The notes under the pieces were generated by a model. That model saw nothing but the letters and a program-made list of their open reading frames with translations, was not told the origin of the DNA and did no database searches. Of a DNA stretch of 64,000 nt, positions 28,541 to 39,200 are shown one piece after another. The DNA comes from Paracoccaceae bacterium. GTDB taxonomy: Bacteria > Pseudomonadota > Alphaproteobacteria > Rhodobacterales > Rhodobacteraceae. The DNA is taken from positions 23,851 through 87,850 of the forward strand of contig JAIXPH010000002.1 of NCBI GenBank assembly GCA_027486345.1. Direction: 5' to 3'. A program made the translations under genes and the position numbers. Numbering within the stretch: position 1 is the first letter of the stretch; every line of letters starts with the position of its first letter.

Positions 28541-29353
28541 TCAGCTTGCGCCCGTCGCCCCAGCCCCCAAACGGGTTGAGATGGTGGCGGCCATCGCCAG
28601 CACCTCTTCGCGTGCAGCGTCCAGCGAGACCGTGTTCGTGCCGGACAGGCGGCGGACAAAGGGAATGGTCACCGCCGCCACCACCCGCCCGGTCATATCC
28701 CGGATTGGGGCCGAGATATTGGTCACACCGGCAATGGTGAAGGACGGGTTCTGCGCGTAGCCCAAGTCGCGCACCGTGGAAAGATCGGCCACAAAGGCCG
28801 TCTGTCGACCCTCGGCACCCGGCCCCGCCACGGCCAGCAGCAGCGCCAGCGCCTCCGGGTCCATCCATGCTGCCAACACCCGCCCGGAGGAGGTGTCATA
28901 AAGCGGGATTTGCGCGCCCAACCGCACGGCGGTGATGTTGTTGTCGCTGCAATCGACCTGCGCGATCACCAGAACCTTGCCAGAATGCAGGATGGCTAGG
29001 TGCATGGATTGATTGATGCGATTGGCCAAGCGCTGCATCGCCTCGCCCGCGATGCTGGTCAGGCGGCGGATCGGCGGGTGGCGATGGGCGATTTCGAACA
29101 ACTTGGTGGTCAGGCTGTAGCGGTCATCCTCGTCGTTCAGGCTGACATAGCCGCGCTTGCGCAGGACCATCAGCATGCGGAAGATTTCCGATGTGGTGCG
29201 CCCCAGCGTCTTGGCGATGTCGGCCTGTGTCTGTCCATCCGCCTCGGACGCCAGAAGTTCAAGGATATCCAGACCCTTGGACAGGGCCGGGGCGCGGTAC
29301 TTGTCGTCGGACCCGTCCGCTTCGTCCTCGTCGTCACGGATCACGCGTGCCAT
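28541..29353 (-). CDS. IclR-family transcriptional regulator
   Basis: 270 aa with a wHTH (QADIAKTLGRTTSEIFRML) and an IclR effector domain. Confidence 0.8.
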   Translation of the reverse strand: MARVIRDDEDEADGSDDKYRAPALSKGLDILELLASEADGQTQADIAKTLGRTTSEIFRMLMVLRKRGYVSLNDEDDRYSLTTKLFEIAHRHPPIRRLTSIAGEAMQRLANRINQSMHLAILHSGKVLVIAQVDCSDNNITAVRLGAQIPLYDTSSGRVLAAWMDPEALALLLAVAGPGAEGRQTAFVADLSTVRDLGYAQNPSFTIAGVTNISAPIRDMTGRVVAAVTIPFVRRLSGTNTVSLDAAREEVLAMAATISTRLGAGATGAS

Positions 29354-29440
29354 CAGCCACCTCTTTTTGCTGATGATATACCGGGTTCACATCTGAAATC
29401 AAACCGCGGCGCGGGGGCTGCTTTGGCCCCCGCTGGCACG

Positions 29441-32400
29441 CTACCCTGCCAACAAGGCCGCGTTGCCGCCTGCCGCCGTTGTGTCCACGCACAGATGCCG
29501 CTCATGCGCGACATGGGCCTGATCGGGCAGCGCGGTGATCAAAGGCACGATGGCCCCATCCCGGTCCGCCAGGGCTTGCGCCAAGGCGCGGCCTTCGGTG
29601 GCATCCCCCCACCATAGCGCGGCGGAGAACCCGTCAAGGCTGGTCAGGGTTTCGGCGGTGATGTGACCCTCGGCCGATATTGCGACACCGCCCAAGCCCT
29701 CCACCGCCGCCTTTTGCGCCGCCGCTGCATCGAAACCGGGGCCAAGGCACAGCACGGGTGCGCGAGCGTGCAGGGTCAGGCGGTTCAACTCTCCGGTTGG
29801 GCCGGGCATGACCCGTTCGGCAATCTGCCGCGCGACGTGCTGTTGCAGGGTCTGGGTCAAGGCCGCCACATTGGCCCGCCCAAGCCACGGATTGGGCGTC
29901 ACGGCAGAGGTTTGCGGCGCAAAGAACCGTGTCAGATAGTTGGGCCCCCCCGCCTTTGGCCCAGTGCCCGAAAGCCCCTCACCGCCAAAGGGTTGGCTAC
30001 CCACCACCGCGCCGATCTGGTTGCGGTTGACGTAGATGTTGCCAGCGTGGATCGCCCCGGCAATCTCTTGCACCCGCGAGTCGATGCGGGTGTGCAGGCC
30101 AAAGGTCAGGCCAAACCCCTTGGCGTTGATCGCGGCGACCACCTCGGGCAATGCGTCAGCCTTGAAGGTAGCGATGTGCAGGATAGGGCCGAAGATTTCA
30201 CGCTCCAACGCCTCGATCCCCGGCACGCGGATCAGGGTGGGCGCGATGAAGGTGCCGACAAGGGGTGCGGTCCGCTGATGCAGGATATGGGCGCGCTGTT
30301 CGGCCAGATAGTCGGTGATGCTGGCATGGGCGCGGGCGTCGATCACGGGGCCGACGTCCGTGGTCAGGTCAGAGGGATCGCCCAACACTAACTCATCCAT
30401 CGCGCCCTTGATCATCTCGATCACATGCGGGGCGATGTCTTCTTGCACATACAGACACCGCAAGGCCGAACACCGCTGACCGGCCGAGCGGAAGGCAGAG
30501 GCCACGATATCTCGCACCGCCTGTTCGGGCAGCGCGGTGGAATCCACGATCATCGCGTTCAAGCCGCCGGTTTCGGCGATCAACGGCGTGCCGGGGGCAA
30601 GGTGGTCGGCCATGTTGCGCGCGATGGTCTGGGCGGTGGCGGTTGAACCGGTAAAGACCAGCCCCGACACGCGCGGATCGGAGGCCAGCGCCGTGCCCAC
30701 CACCGTGCCGCGCCCCGGCAAGAGTTGCAGCGCCGTGACGGGAACCCCGGCCTGATGCAGCAGGCGCACGGCGAGCGTGGCGATGATCGGCGTCGCCTCT
30801 GCCGGTTTGGCCAGCACGGCATTGCCCGCCATCAAGGCCGCCGCAATCTGGCCGGTGAAGATGGCCAGCGGAAAGTTCCACGGGCTGATCGCCGCAACAA
30901 TCCCGCGCGGCGTGCCGGTGGCCGTTTCGCCCTCGGTCGCGTAATAGCGCAGGAAATCAACGGCCTCGCGCAATTCGCCCACGGCATCGGGCAGGGTTTT
31001 CCCGGCCTCGCGCGTCAGGGCGGCGAAGAGGGGGCCGAAGTGATCTTCATAAAGGTCCGCCGTGCGGCGCAGGACGGCAGCGCGGGTGGCGGCGGGGACG
31101 TCCCATGTTTGCGCGTCGTCGATGGCGCGGGTGACGGTGGCGGCATCGACAAACAGCGCCTCGGCAAAGGGTTCGCCGGTCGCGGGGTTGATGACGGGAT
31201 GCGCGGTGCCGGTCGCCGGGCGCAGGGTCAGCGCCTGCGCATCGGGCAAGGCACCCTGCCCGGCCGCCATAATCTGGGCGAGTGTCCCGGCATCGGTCAG
31301 GTCGAACCCCTTGGAGTTCACGCGCCCTTCCCCGAACAGCGCCTGCGGTGCCACCAAGGACGCCGGGGCGCGGGCAGTGGACAGCGCGGCAAATGGATCG
31401 CGCGCGACCTCTTCAGGTGCGATGCTTTCATCCACGATCTGATGCACGAAGGACGAATTCGCGCCATTTTCAAGCAACCGCCGCACCAGATAGGCCAGCA
31501 GATCCCGATGTGCACCGACGGGGGCATAAATCCGGCAGCGGCCCTGCGTTTCGGTCAGCACGATGTCATGCAGCCTCTCGCCCATGCCATGCAGGCGCTG
31601 GAATTCGAACGGCACGCCGCCCGCCATCTCAAGGATGGCGGCCACGGTCTGGGCGTTGTGGGTGGCGAATTGCGGATAGATGCGGTCAGCGTAACCGATC
31701 AGCTTTTTCGCGTGGGCAATATAGCTGACATCGGTCGCGGTCTTGGAGGTGAACAACGGGAACCCCGGCAGGCCTTCGACCTGCGCGCGTTTGATCTCCG
31801 AGTCCCAATAGGCCCCTTTCACCAACCGCACCATGATCTTGCGATCCAGCCGCGTGGCGGTGGCGTAAAGCCAGTCGATCACCAGACCGGCCCGCTTGCC
31901 ATAGGCCTGAACCACCACGCCGAACCCGTCCCAGCCCGCCAGCGACGGATCGGCCAGCACCGCCGCGATCACCTTCAGAGACAGCACCAGACGGTCCTGC
32001 TCTTCGGCGTCGATGTTCATCCCCATCCCTGCCGCCTTGGCGGCTTGCGCCAGTTTCAACACCACGGGCACCAGTTCGGCCATGACGCGGGCCTCTTGCG
32101 CCACCTCATAGCGGGGATGCAGCGCCGAGAGTTTGATGGAGATACCGGGGTTCGCCTCAACCGATCCTTTGTCACAGGCCCGCGCGATGGCAGCGATGGC
32201 CTTAGCATATTCGCGGGCATAGCGGGCGGCATCGGCGCGGGTCATCGCAGCCTCGCCCAGCATGTCGTAGCTGTAGGTAAACCCTTGGGCTTCGCGCTTT
32301 TTCGCGCGGTCAAGGGCGGTATCGATGGTCTGACCCAGCACGAATTGGCGGCCCATCTCCTTCATCGCGCGGCCAACGGCGGTGCGGATCACGGGTTCGC

Positions 32401-32842
32401 CCAGCCGTTTGACCATGCCGCGCAGGGTGCCTGCGATGCCGGGTTGGTCAGCCTCCAGCACCTTACCCGTCAGCATCAAGGCCCATGTCGAGGCGTTGAC
32501 AAGGCTGGACGATGCCTCGCCCAGATGGCGGCCCCAGTCAGAGGGGGCGACCTTGTCTTCGATCAGCGCGTCAATGGTCAGCTTATCCGGCACGCGCAGC
32601 ATGGCTTCGGCCAGACACATCAGCGCCACACCTTCGCGGGTGGACAGGCCGTATTCCGACAGAAAATGTTCCATCAGCGTGGGCTTGGCTTCGGCCCGGA
32701 TACGGCGGACCAGATCGGCCCCCTTGGAGGTGATGCGCGCGCGCAAGGCGGGGTCCAGCGCGGCCTCGGCCACCAACTGATCCAACAGGGCGTGTTCCGG
32801 GGCGAATTTCGCGCTCAGGTCGAAGTGGGAAAGATCGGTCAT
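29441..32842 (-). CDS. putA: Bifunctional proline dehydrogenase / L-glutamate-gamma-semialdehyde dehydrogenase
   Basis: I chose the ATG at 32842, preceded by GGAGG, over 32899. About 1133 aa, with a PRODH barrel followed by an ALDH domain (EETGGLNAMIVDSTAL; catalytic Cys region GQRCSALR). No N-terminal RHH DNA-binding domain. Confidence 0.9.
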   Translation of the reverse strand: MTDLSHFDLSAKFAPEHALLDQLVAEAALDPALRARITSKGADLVRRIRAEAKPTLMEHFLSEYGLSTREGVALMCLAEAMLRVPDKLTIDALIEDKVAPSDWGRHLGEASSSLVNASTWALMLTGKVLEADQPGIAGTLRGMVKRLGEPVIRTAVGRAMKEMGRQFVLGQTIDTALDRAKKREAQGFTYSYDMLGEAAMTRADAARYAREYAKAIAAIARACDKGSVEANPGISIKLSALHPRYEVAQEARVMAELVPVVLKLAQAAKAAGMGMNIDAEEQDRLVLSLKVIAAVLADPSLAGWDGFGVVVQAYGKRAGLVIDWLYATATRLDRKIMVRLVKGAYWDSEIKRAQVEGLPGFPLFTSKTATDVSYIAHAKKLIGYADRIYPQFATHNAQTVAAILEMAGGVPFEFQRLHGMGERLHDIVLTETQGRCRIYAPVGAHRDLLAYLVRRLLENGANSSFVHQIVDESIAPEEVARDPFAALSTARAPASLVAPQALFGEGRVNSKGFDLTDAGTLAQIMAAGQGALPDAQALTLRPATGTAHPVINPATGEPFAEALFVDAATVTRAIDDAQTWDVPAATRAAVLRRTADLYEDHFGPLFAALTREAGKTLPDAVGELREAVDFLRYYATEGETATGTPRGIVAAISPWNFPLAIFTGQIAAALMAGNAVLAKPAEATPIIATLAVRLLHQAGVPVTALQLLPGRGTVVGTALASDPRVSGLVFTGSTATAQTIARNMADHLAPGTPLIAETGGLNAMIVDSTALPEQAVRDIVASAFRSAGQRCSALRCLYVQEDIAPHVIEMIKGAMDELVLGDPSDLTTDVGPVIDARAHASITDYLAEQRAHILHQRTAPLVGTFIAPTLIRVPGIEALEREIFGPILHIATFKADALPEVVAAINAKGFGLTFGLHTRIDSRVQEIAGAIHAGNIYVNRNQIGAVVGSQPFGGEGLSGTGPKAGGPNYLTRFFAPQTSAVTPNPWLGRANVAALTQTLQQHVARQIAERVMPGPTGELNRLTLHARAPVLCLGPGFDAAAAQKAAVEGLGGVAISAEGHITAETLTSLDGFSAALWWGDATEGRALAQALADRDGAIVPLITALPDQAHVAHERHLCVDTTAAGGNAALLAG

Positions 32843-32969
32843 GCTGGCCTCCGCTGGATAGCATGGGGATACAGCATCAGCCTTGGGCCATGTCACCAAA
32901 CAGGGGCGACATGGCAGACGGTTGGACCAAAATCAGGCGCGAAAACAGGCTGAAGGGGCGAAAAGCCCC

Positions 32970-33719
32970 TCAGGCGTAGATATACCCGCCCGAGACGATG
33001 ATGTTTTCGCCCGTCATATAGGTGTTGCGCGGACCACCCGCCATCAGCACCCATTCGGCCATCTCTTCCGGCTCTCCACCCCGGCCCAAGGGGCTGGCCT
33101 TGGCGAGTTCGTCCAGAAACCCCGACGCCCGCGCCTTTTCGGTGGCCATCCCGGCGGGGGCGACCGAGTTGACCAAGATGCCATCGGGGGCCACCGCATG
33201 GGCCATGCTTTTGGTCAGGCTGACCACGGCCGCCTTGGTCGCGGCGTAATGGGCGTTCTGCGGGTGGGCTTTGAAGGCATCAACGGAAGTGATGTTGACG
33301 ATCCGCCCGCGCACGCGGCCCACCAAATCCTGCGTCTGCATGTGGCGGATGGCGGCGACCATCATGTGATAGGTGCCCTTGACGTTGATCGCGTTCGAGG
33401 CGTCCCAATCGTCATCCGAAATCTCAAGGATCGGGCGGCGCGGATAGATCGCGGCAGAGTTCACCAGCGTATCGACCCGGCCCAAGGCCTTGGCCACGGT
33501 GTCAAAAGCGGCATGGGCGGCGGGGGCGGTGCGGATGTCGCAGGCGGCAAAGGCGGTGGGCAGACCGGCGGCGCGGGCGGGGGCGAGCGCTGCCTCGGCC
33601 GCATCGCCGTTCAGGTCGATGATGCCGATGGCGCGAGCACCTTCCGAGACGCACATCTGCGCCAAAAGCGCCCCCAGACCCGCACCACCCCCGACGATGA
33701 CGACTGACAGACCTTTCAT
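32970..33719 (-). CDS. SDR-family oxidoreductase
   Basis: 249 aa with a glycine-rich N-terminus ([11 protein letters not shown]) and a YAATK active-site motif. Confidence 0.85.
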   Translation of the reverse strand: MKGLSVVIVGGGAGLGALLAQMCVSEGARAIGIIDLNGDAAEAALAPARAAGLPTAFAACDIRTAPAAHAAFDTVAKALGRVDTLVNSAAIYPRRPILEISDDDWDASNAINVKGTYHMMVAAIRHMQTQDLVGRVRGRIVNITSVDAFKAHPQNAHYAATKAAVVSLTKSMAHAVAPDGILVNSVAPAGMATEKARASGFLDELAKASPLGRGGEPEEMAEWVLMAGGPRNTYMTGENIIVSGGYIYA

Positions 33720-34453
33720 TTCTTGCCCCCCGCGGCGGCGACTTGCGCCATGACGGGTTGGCGTGCGGGCAGGATGTCAAAGCGCGAGACGTTGACGTGC
33801 TGCGGCATCGCATGCACCGCCAACACCATCGCGGCCACGTCATCCGGCTGGACCGCCGTTTGCCCGGCATACATCGCGGCGCGTTCGTCCAGCGTCAGCA
33901 CATCCTTGTAGAGCGGGCTTTCCACCCGCCCCGCGACGATCTCGGTCACGCGCACACCGTAAGGCGACAGGTCCAGCCGCAGGCTTTGGGCAAAGCCCCC
34001 AAGTGCTGCCTTGGTCGCCGCATAGACCGCCATGTTGGGATAGGGCGTGTGCCCCGCGATGGAGCCGGTGAAGAAGATATGCCCCGCCCCCCGCGCCCGC
34101 ATCCCCGGCGCGATGGCACGCGAGACAAGGATGGCTTGCGTCAGGTTGGTGGCAATCTGGCGGTGGATATCGCCTTCGTCCATGTCGCAGAAATTGCCCG
34201 GCGCCGCGACCATCCCGGCATTGTTGACCAGCACATCCGGTACGCGGCCCGCAAGGACGGTGGCCAGCCGGTCCGACAGACCCGCCACGTCACCAAGGTC
34301 CATCGGCACAGGCGTCAGGCCCAGCGCGCCAAGCCGCGCCAAGGCGTCAGGATCACGACCCATCGCCGTGACCCGGTGACCGGCCCCGTGAAAGGCCAGC
34401 GCAATGGCCTGCCCGATCCCGCTTGTCGCGCCCGTGACCAAAACCTCTGCCAT
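33716..34453 (-). CDS. SDR-family oxidoreductase
   Basis: I chose the start at 34453 ([14 protein letters not shown]); the ORF extends to 34480. YAATK motif present. 4-nt overlap with the downstream SDR gene. Confidence 0.85.
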   Translation of the reverse strand: MAEVLVTGATSGIGQAIALAFHGAGHRVTAMGRDPDALARLGALGLTPVPMDLGDVAGLSDRLATVLAGRVPDVLVNNAGMVAAPGNFCDMDEGDIHRQIATNLTQAILVSRAIAPGMRARGAGHIFFTGSIAGHTPYPNMAVYAATKAALGGFAQSLRLDLSPYGVRVTEIVAGRVESPLYKDVLTLDERAAMYAGQTAVQPDDVAAMVLAVHAMPQHVNVSRFDILPARQPVMAQVAAAGGKK

Positions 34454-34584
34454 CCCGTCCCCCTGCCCCGTCCCCTGCATTGCCGGTCAGGCTGTACCAT
34501 TTCGGCACGGGGCCAAATCAAGAAATTCTTCGGACGGGAAAGATTTTCTTGGCCGTCTTGTCTGTGCGCCTCCGGCTGCCGCCT

Positions 34585-35562
34585 TCAGGCAGAGGGGTTG
34601 CGGCGGGGAATGGCGTGCTGTTTCAGCCAAGCCAGCACCTCGGACTGGCGGGACCGGGCGGTCTTGACCGTCTCGCCGTCGCGGGTGTGGACAAGGATGT
34701 CCACGCCCTGCCGCTGGAACGACTCCAGCTCACCCACGGCCAGCCAGAGGGAGCGGTGCAGCAAGAGGCCGTCGGAGCCCTCCATCTGCTGCAAGACAGA
34801 GCGCATCGTCGCCTGCACGAACAGCTTGTCCGCCTGCAAGGTCACGTCCAGATAATTGCCCGCCGCCCGGATGACCCGCAGTTGGTGCTTTGGCACTTTC
34901 TTGCCGCCGATCACCACCTCTGCCGCCCCCCGCGCGCCGGGAGGGGTAGCGGGTCCGACCTCCGGGCCGGTGACGGGCGCATCATCAATGTCGAGGCCAA
35001 GGACAGGGCTGCCCACACTGGCGGGCTCCGCGAGGGCCAGTCTGCTGTCGCGCGGCTCTGGCCGGGGGGGAAGGCGGATGTCGGTCAGGATCGTGGGCAG
35101 GAAGAAGGTCATGACCAGCGCACCGACCAGCTCTGTCAGCACAAGATGCAGGACACCGTAGATGAAGATCGTGACGGGATCGACCTGCAACACCCCGGTG
35201 AACGCCCAGAAACAGCCGACGATCAAAAAGCAGCCCAACTGGGTGGCCAGCAGCACCACAAGACTGATGTAGACGGTGGGCAGCGCCCTGCGCCTTTGGG
35301 CGCGCGCCACGAGTCCGACCATGACGGGCAGCGACAGGATGATCACCGCCTGGGACAAGAGAAAGATCAGAATCTCCCGCCAAACGTCCAGATAGGGCAC
35401 GTCCGGGCGGAAGCGGATCGGATAGACCCCCGCCCAGCAGATGAAATATGTGATGACGACAAGGCGATGACGCAGGGCGATGATCAGTTCGTCAAGGGTG
35501 ATCCTGATAGACCCCCAAGTCATCAATTTGATGTCTATCTCGTCACTTCGCACCTGACGCAC
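34585..35562 (-). CDS. Membrane-anchored LytTR-domain DNA-binding protein
   Basis: 325 aa. The N-terminal two thirds has about 4-5 hydrophobic helices, followed by a Pro-rich linker. The C-terminal 100 aa or so is LytTR-like (IRAAGNYLDVTL...LLLHRSLWLAV..). An alternative start is at 35523. Confidence 0.7.
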   Translation of the reverse strand: MRQVRSDEIDIKLMTWGSIRITLDELIIALRHRLVVITYFICWAGVYPIRFRPDVPYLDVWREILIFLLSQAVIILSLPVMVGLVARAQRRRALPTVYISLVVLLATQLGCFLIVGCFWAFTGVLQVDPVTIFIYGVLHLVLTELVGALVMTFFLPTILTDIRLPPRPEPRDSRLALAEPASVGSPVLGLDIDDAPVTGPEVGPATPPGARGAAEVVIGGKKVPKHQLRVIRAAGNYLDVTLQADKLFVQATMRSVLQQMEGSDGLLLHRSLWLAVGELESFQRQGVDILVHTRDGETVKTARSRQSEVLAWLKQHAIPRRNPSA

Positions 35563-36296
35563 CCCCTAAGAGCTTGCAACTTAAGTCAACGTGACAGGGC
35601 GTGTGATCTGTTTTCCAAGCACTCGAATACATCCCGGTCATGTGCCACGCAAGCCCGCGCAGGCATCCGTCACACAAGGACGGCGGCGGAAGCGGAACTG
35701 TTAGGGGCTTGTTTTATCGACGTGTCTGGTCATGCCCAGCGGGGGCGAGGGGTGATCCGGACAGATGCAAACCCGCCGTCAGCCAAGGCTGCGCGGCCCT
35801 GTTCAGGTATGAGGTATTCCATGGCTGCCCCCTTTGCGACCGATCCGCGACCATGTCATTTTGATCCGTCACCAGCCCGTGACCCCTTGGACGAGGCCTG
35901 CTTGCCGATGCAGCAGATGCCGCCAGCGCCGGATGCGCGCGACGCGGTCCACCTGACAGGTCTGCGCCAGCGCGCGTGGTCCCCGATGCCCACCCCCGCA
36001 AGAGAGCCCCGGTCAGGATCGGGCATCCGGGCGTGGCCGCGGAGCGCGACCGCCGTCTGACCCTCTGCGGCAGAGAGAGCGCTGGACGGTGACAGGCCGG
36101 TCCGGCCCCCAGTTTTACCCATTTCGCTTCGGGAGTTTTCCGATGGCCAGGTTTTTCATTGCCGGCACCCCCCACCTTGGCAGCGCCACGCGCCACGCCG
36201 CGGCCACCGCGCCGATGCATCCCGCCTTCTCCGTTTCCCCGTGTCGCGCAGGGCACCGCCCTGCGTCCGTGACCATTTTCCAGAAGGACCTGTGCC

Positions 36297-39200
36297 ATGC
36301 CCGATAACAAGGTCGACGGAACCGACGCCTCCGAGAACCTCGCGCCGGGGGTCACCGATGCCCAGGGCGATCAGATCGGCGCGGGCAATGATCTGGTCTA
36401 TGGCAATGGCGGGGCGGACACGATCACGGGCGGCGGCGGGGATGACACCCTCTTTGGCGGTCTGGGGCGCGACTACATCTATGGTGGGACGGGCAACGAT
36501 TATCTGGACGGTGGCGCGGATTACGACTTTTTCTATGGCGGGTCCGGCAATGACACGATCCTGATCTCGCCCATCGGGGAATCCGCCTTTGGCGAGGCCG
36601 ATGCCGATACGTTCATCGTCGTGCCTGACGCGATCGGCTTCATCCCCGGCGGGTCGCTGCACGTGAACGGCGATTCCACGGGCATCGACATGGACACGCT
36701 CGATCTGTCGCAGATGGCGGCGGATGGCTGGACCATCACCTCGACCACGCAGGCGACGGATGGGCAGGACAGCCCCTTCGTGGCCGGGAACGGCGGCTTC
36801 AACGGCACCTTCACCCTGACCAAGGCAGGGTTCCAGAGTTTCATCGTCAATTACGTCGATATCGAATCCTTCAAGCTGACCGCGCCCGGTCCCGTCGATG
36901 GCACGGCCGGATCGGACAGGATGGACCCGGGCTACACAGACGCACAGGGCGACGAGATCGATGGCAGCGATGGCCTGAACGACACGATCCTTGCCGCGGC
37001 AGGCGATGACGTGGTCGATGCCGGTCTGGGGGACGACACGGTCAAGGGCGGTATCGGCAACGATGTGCTGCAAGGCAATGTCGGCAATGACGCGCTGGAG
37101 GGCGAAGGCGGCGCTGACAGCCTTGTCGGCGGTGAAGGGACCGACAGCCTGATCGGCGGCGACGGGTCGGACACGCTGGTGGGCGGCCTCGGGGCGGATA
37201 CGCTGGCCGGCGGGGCGGGCGATGATGATATTGCTTTAAGTGGTGCCGATGTTGTTTCGGGCGGGTCGGGGGATGACGTCTTCGCCCTCGACCCAACCGA
37301 TTCCGCACCGGACATCGCCGCCACGGTGGATGGCGGAACGGATGCGACAGCCGGAGCACCGGATGATGCGGCTAACGGCAACGCGGGCGATGTGCTGGAC
37401 CTGTCCTCGGCCACCGCGCCGTTGACGGTGGTGCTGGGCGCGAACCCGGAAAGCGGCACGGTCAACGGTCTGGATGCTGACGCGGGCACCGACATCACCT
37501 TTGCCGAGATTGAACGGCTGCTGACCGGCTCCGGCAATGACACGCTCGCGGGTGGTGCCGCGACCGGCCCGATCTGGGCCGACACCGGCGCGGGCAACGA
37601 CAGCCTCACCGGCGGCGCGGGCAATGACACGCTGGCGGGCGGCGATGGCGCGGACACGCTCGCGGGCGGGGCGGGCAACGACAGCCTGATCGGCGGCGGG
37701 CAGGATGACATCTTCGTCCTCGCGCCGGGCTTTGGCACCGACATCGTGCTGGGTGGCGAGACCGGTGAGACCGTGGGCGACACGCTCGACGCGCGCCCGC
37801 TGACCGAAGGCGTGGCCGTGACCCTGACCGGGCCGGAGGCGGGCACGCTGACCGGACCCTCGGGCACCGTCGCCTTTGCCGAGATCGAGTCCATTCTCCT
37901 CGGCGCAGGCAATGACACCGTCACCGGGGGCAGCGGCAACGACAGCGTCGATGGCGGCGCGGGCAACGACAGCCTCACCGGCGGCGCGGGCAATGACACG
38001 CTGGCGGGCGGCGACGGCGCGGACACGCTCGCGGGCGGGGCGGGCAACGACAGCCTGATCGGCGGCGCGGGGGATGATGATTTCACCCTCGGCGCGGGCG
38101 ACAGCGCCTTGGGCGGCGCGGGCGATGACGAGTTCCGGATCGACCCCTCCCTGACCGGAACCGCGGGCATCACCGTGGTTGGCGGCGAGACGGCGGAAGA
38201 AGCCGTGATCGACCCGACCAACAATCCCGCCGGACGCATCGGCGACGTGCTGGACCTGCGTGGATTGACCGGCGTGGTGGTGACCTACACCAACCCCGAC
38301 CCGATCACCGGCACCTCCGAGGCCGGGACGGCCACCTATCTGAACGCAAGCGGCCAGCCCGTCACCATTACATTCAGCCAGATCGAGACGGTGCTGCTGG
38401 ACCGTGATGGCATCGTGGATGGCACGGCGGGCGGAGACCTGATGACGCCCACCAGTGGGCCGGGCGGCCTGCCCTATGCCGACGCGCAGGGTGACCAGAT
38501 CGACGGCACCGACGGCATCGCCGACTCGGTCCTCGGGGGTGCTGGCAACGACACCATCGATGCGGGACTCGGGGATGACACCATCGATGCGGGCAGCGGC
38601 GATGACTCTGTCGCCGGTGGCACGGGCAATGACCGGCTGCTGGGCAATGACGGCAATGACACGCTGGCCGGTGGAGATGGCGCCGACAGTCTGGCGGGCG
38701 GGGCCAATGACGACAGCCTGACCGGAGGCATTGGCGGCGACACGCTGGAAGGCGATCTGGGCGAGGACACGCTGCGCGGCGAGGACGGTGCCGACACGCT
38801 GACGGGCAATGCCGGGAATGACAGCCTCGATGGTGGCGCGGGGGATGACTCCGTGATCGGGGGGGACGGGCGGGACACCGTCGATGCCGGTGAAGGGGAT
38901 GATTTCATCAACACCCGCGCCACGGCAGCGCGGCCGGATGCGGGCTTTCCGGGCTTTGGTCCGGTGCCCGCGATCCCGACCGATACCGACCCGACCGACG
39001 ACCGCGACGTGGTCACCGCGGGGGCGGGCAATGACACGATCCTCACCGGAGACGATGCCGACCTGATCGATGCGGGCAGCGGGGACGACACCGTTGACGC
39101 GGGCGTGGACAATGACACCGTGCTGGGCGGCGACGGCGCGGACACCATCACCGGCGGCGAAGGACGCGACAGCCTCGACGGTGGCGTGGGCGATGATGTG

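Noticed and set aside
30725-32953. 742-aa plus-strand ORF
   Set aside because: It runs antisense to putA, whose identity is unambiguous. Low-complexity Gly/Arg/Gln-rich product.
35821-36060. 79-aa Pro-rich plus-strand ORF with a GAGG upstream, in the LytTR/RTX intergenic region
   Set aside because: The product is low-complexity and disordered-looking, it is embedded in a long shadow ORF (34480-36060), and no motif is present. Evidence is insufficient to call a gene.
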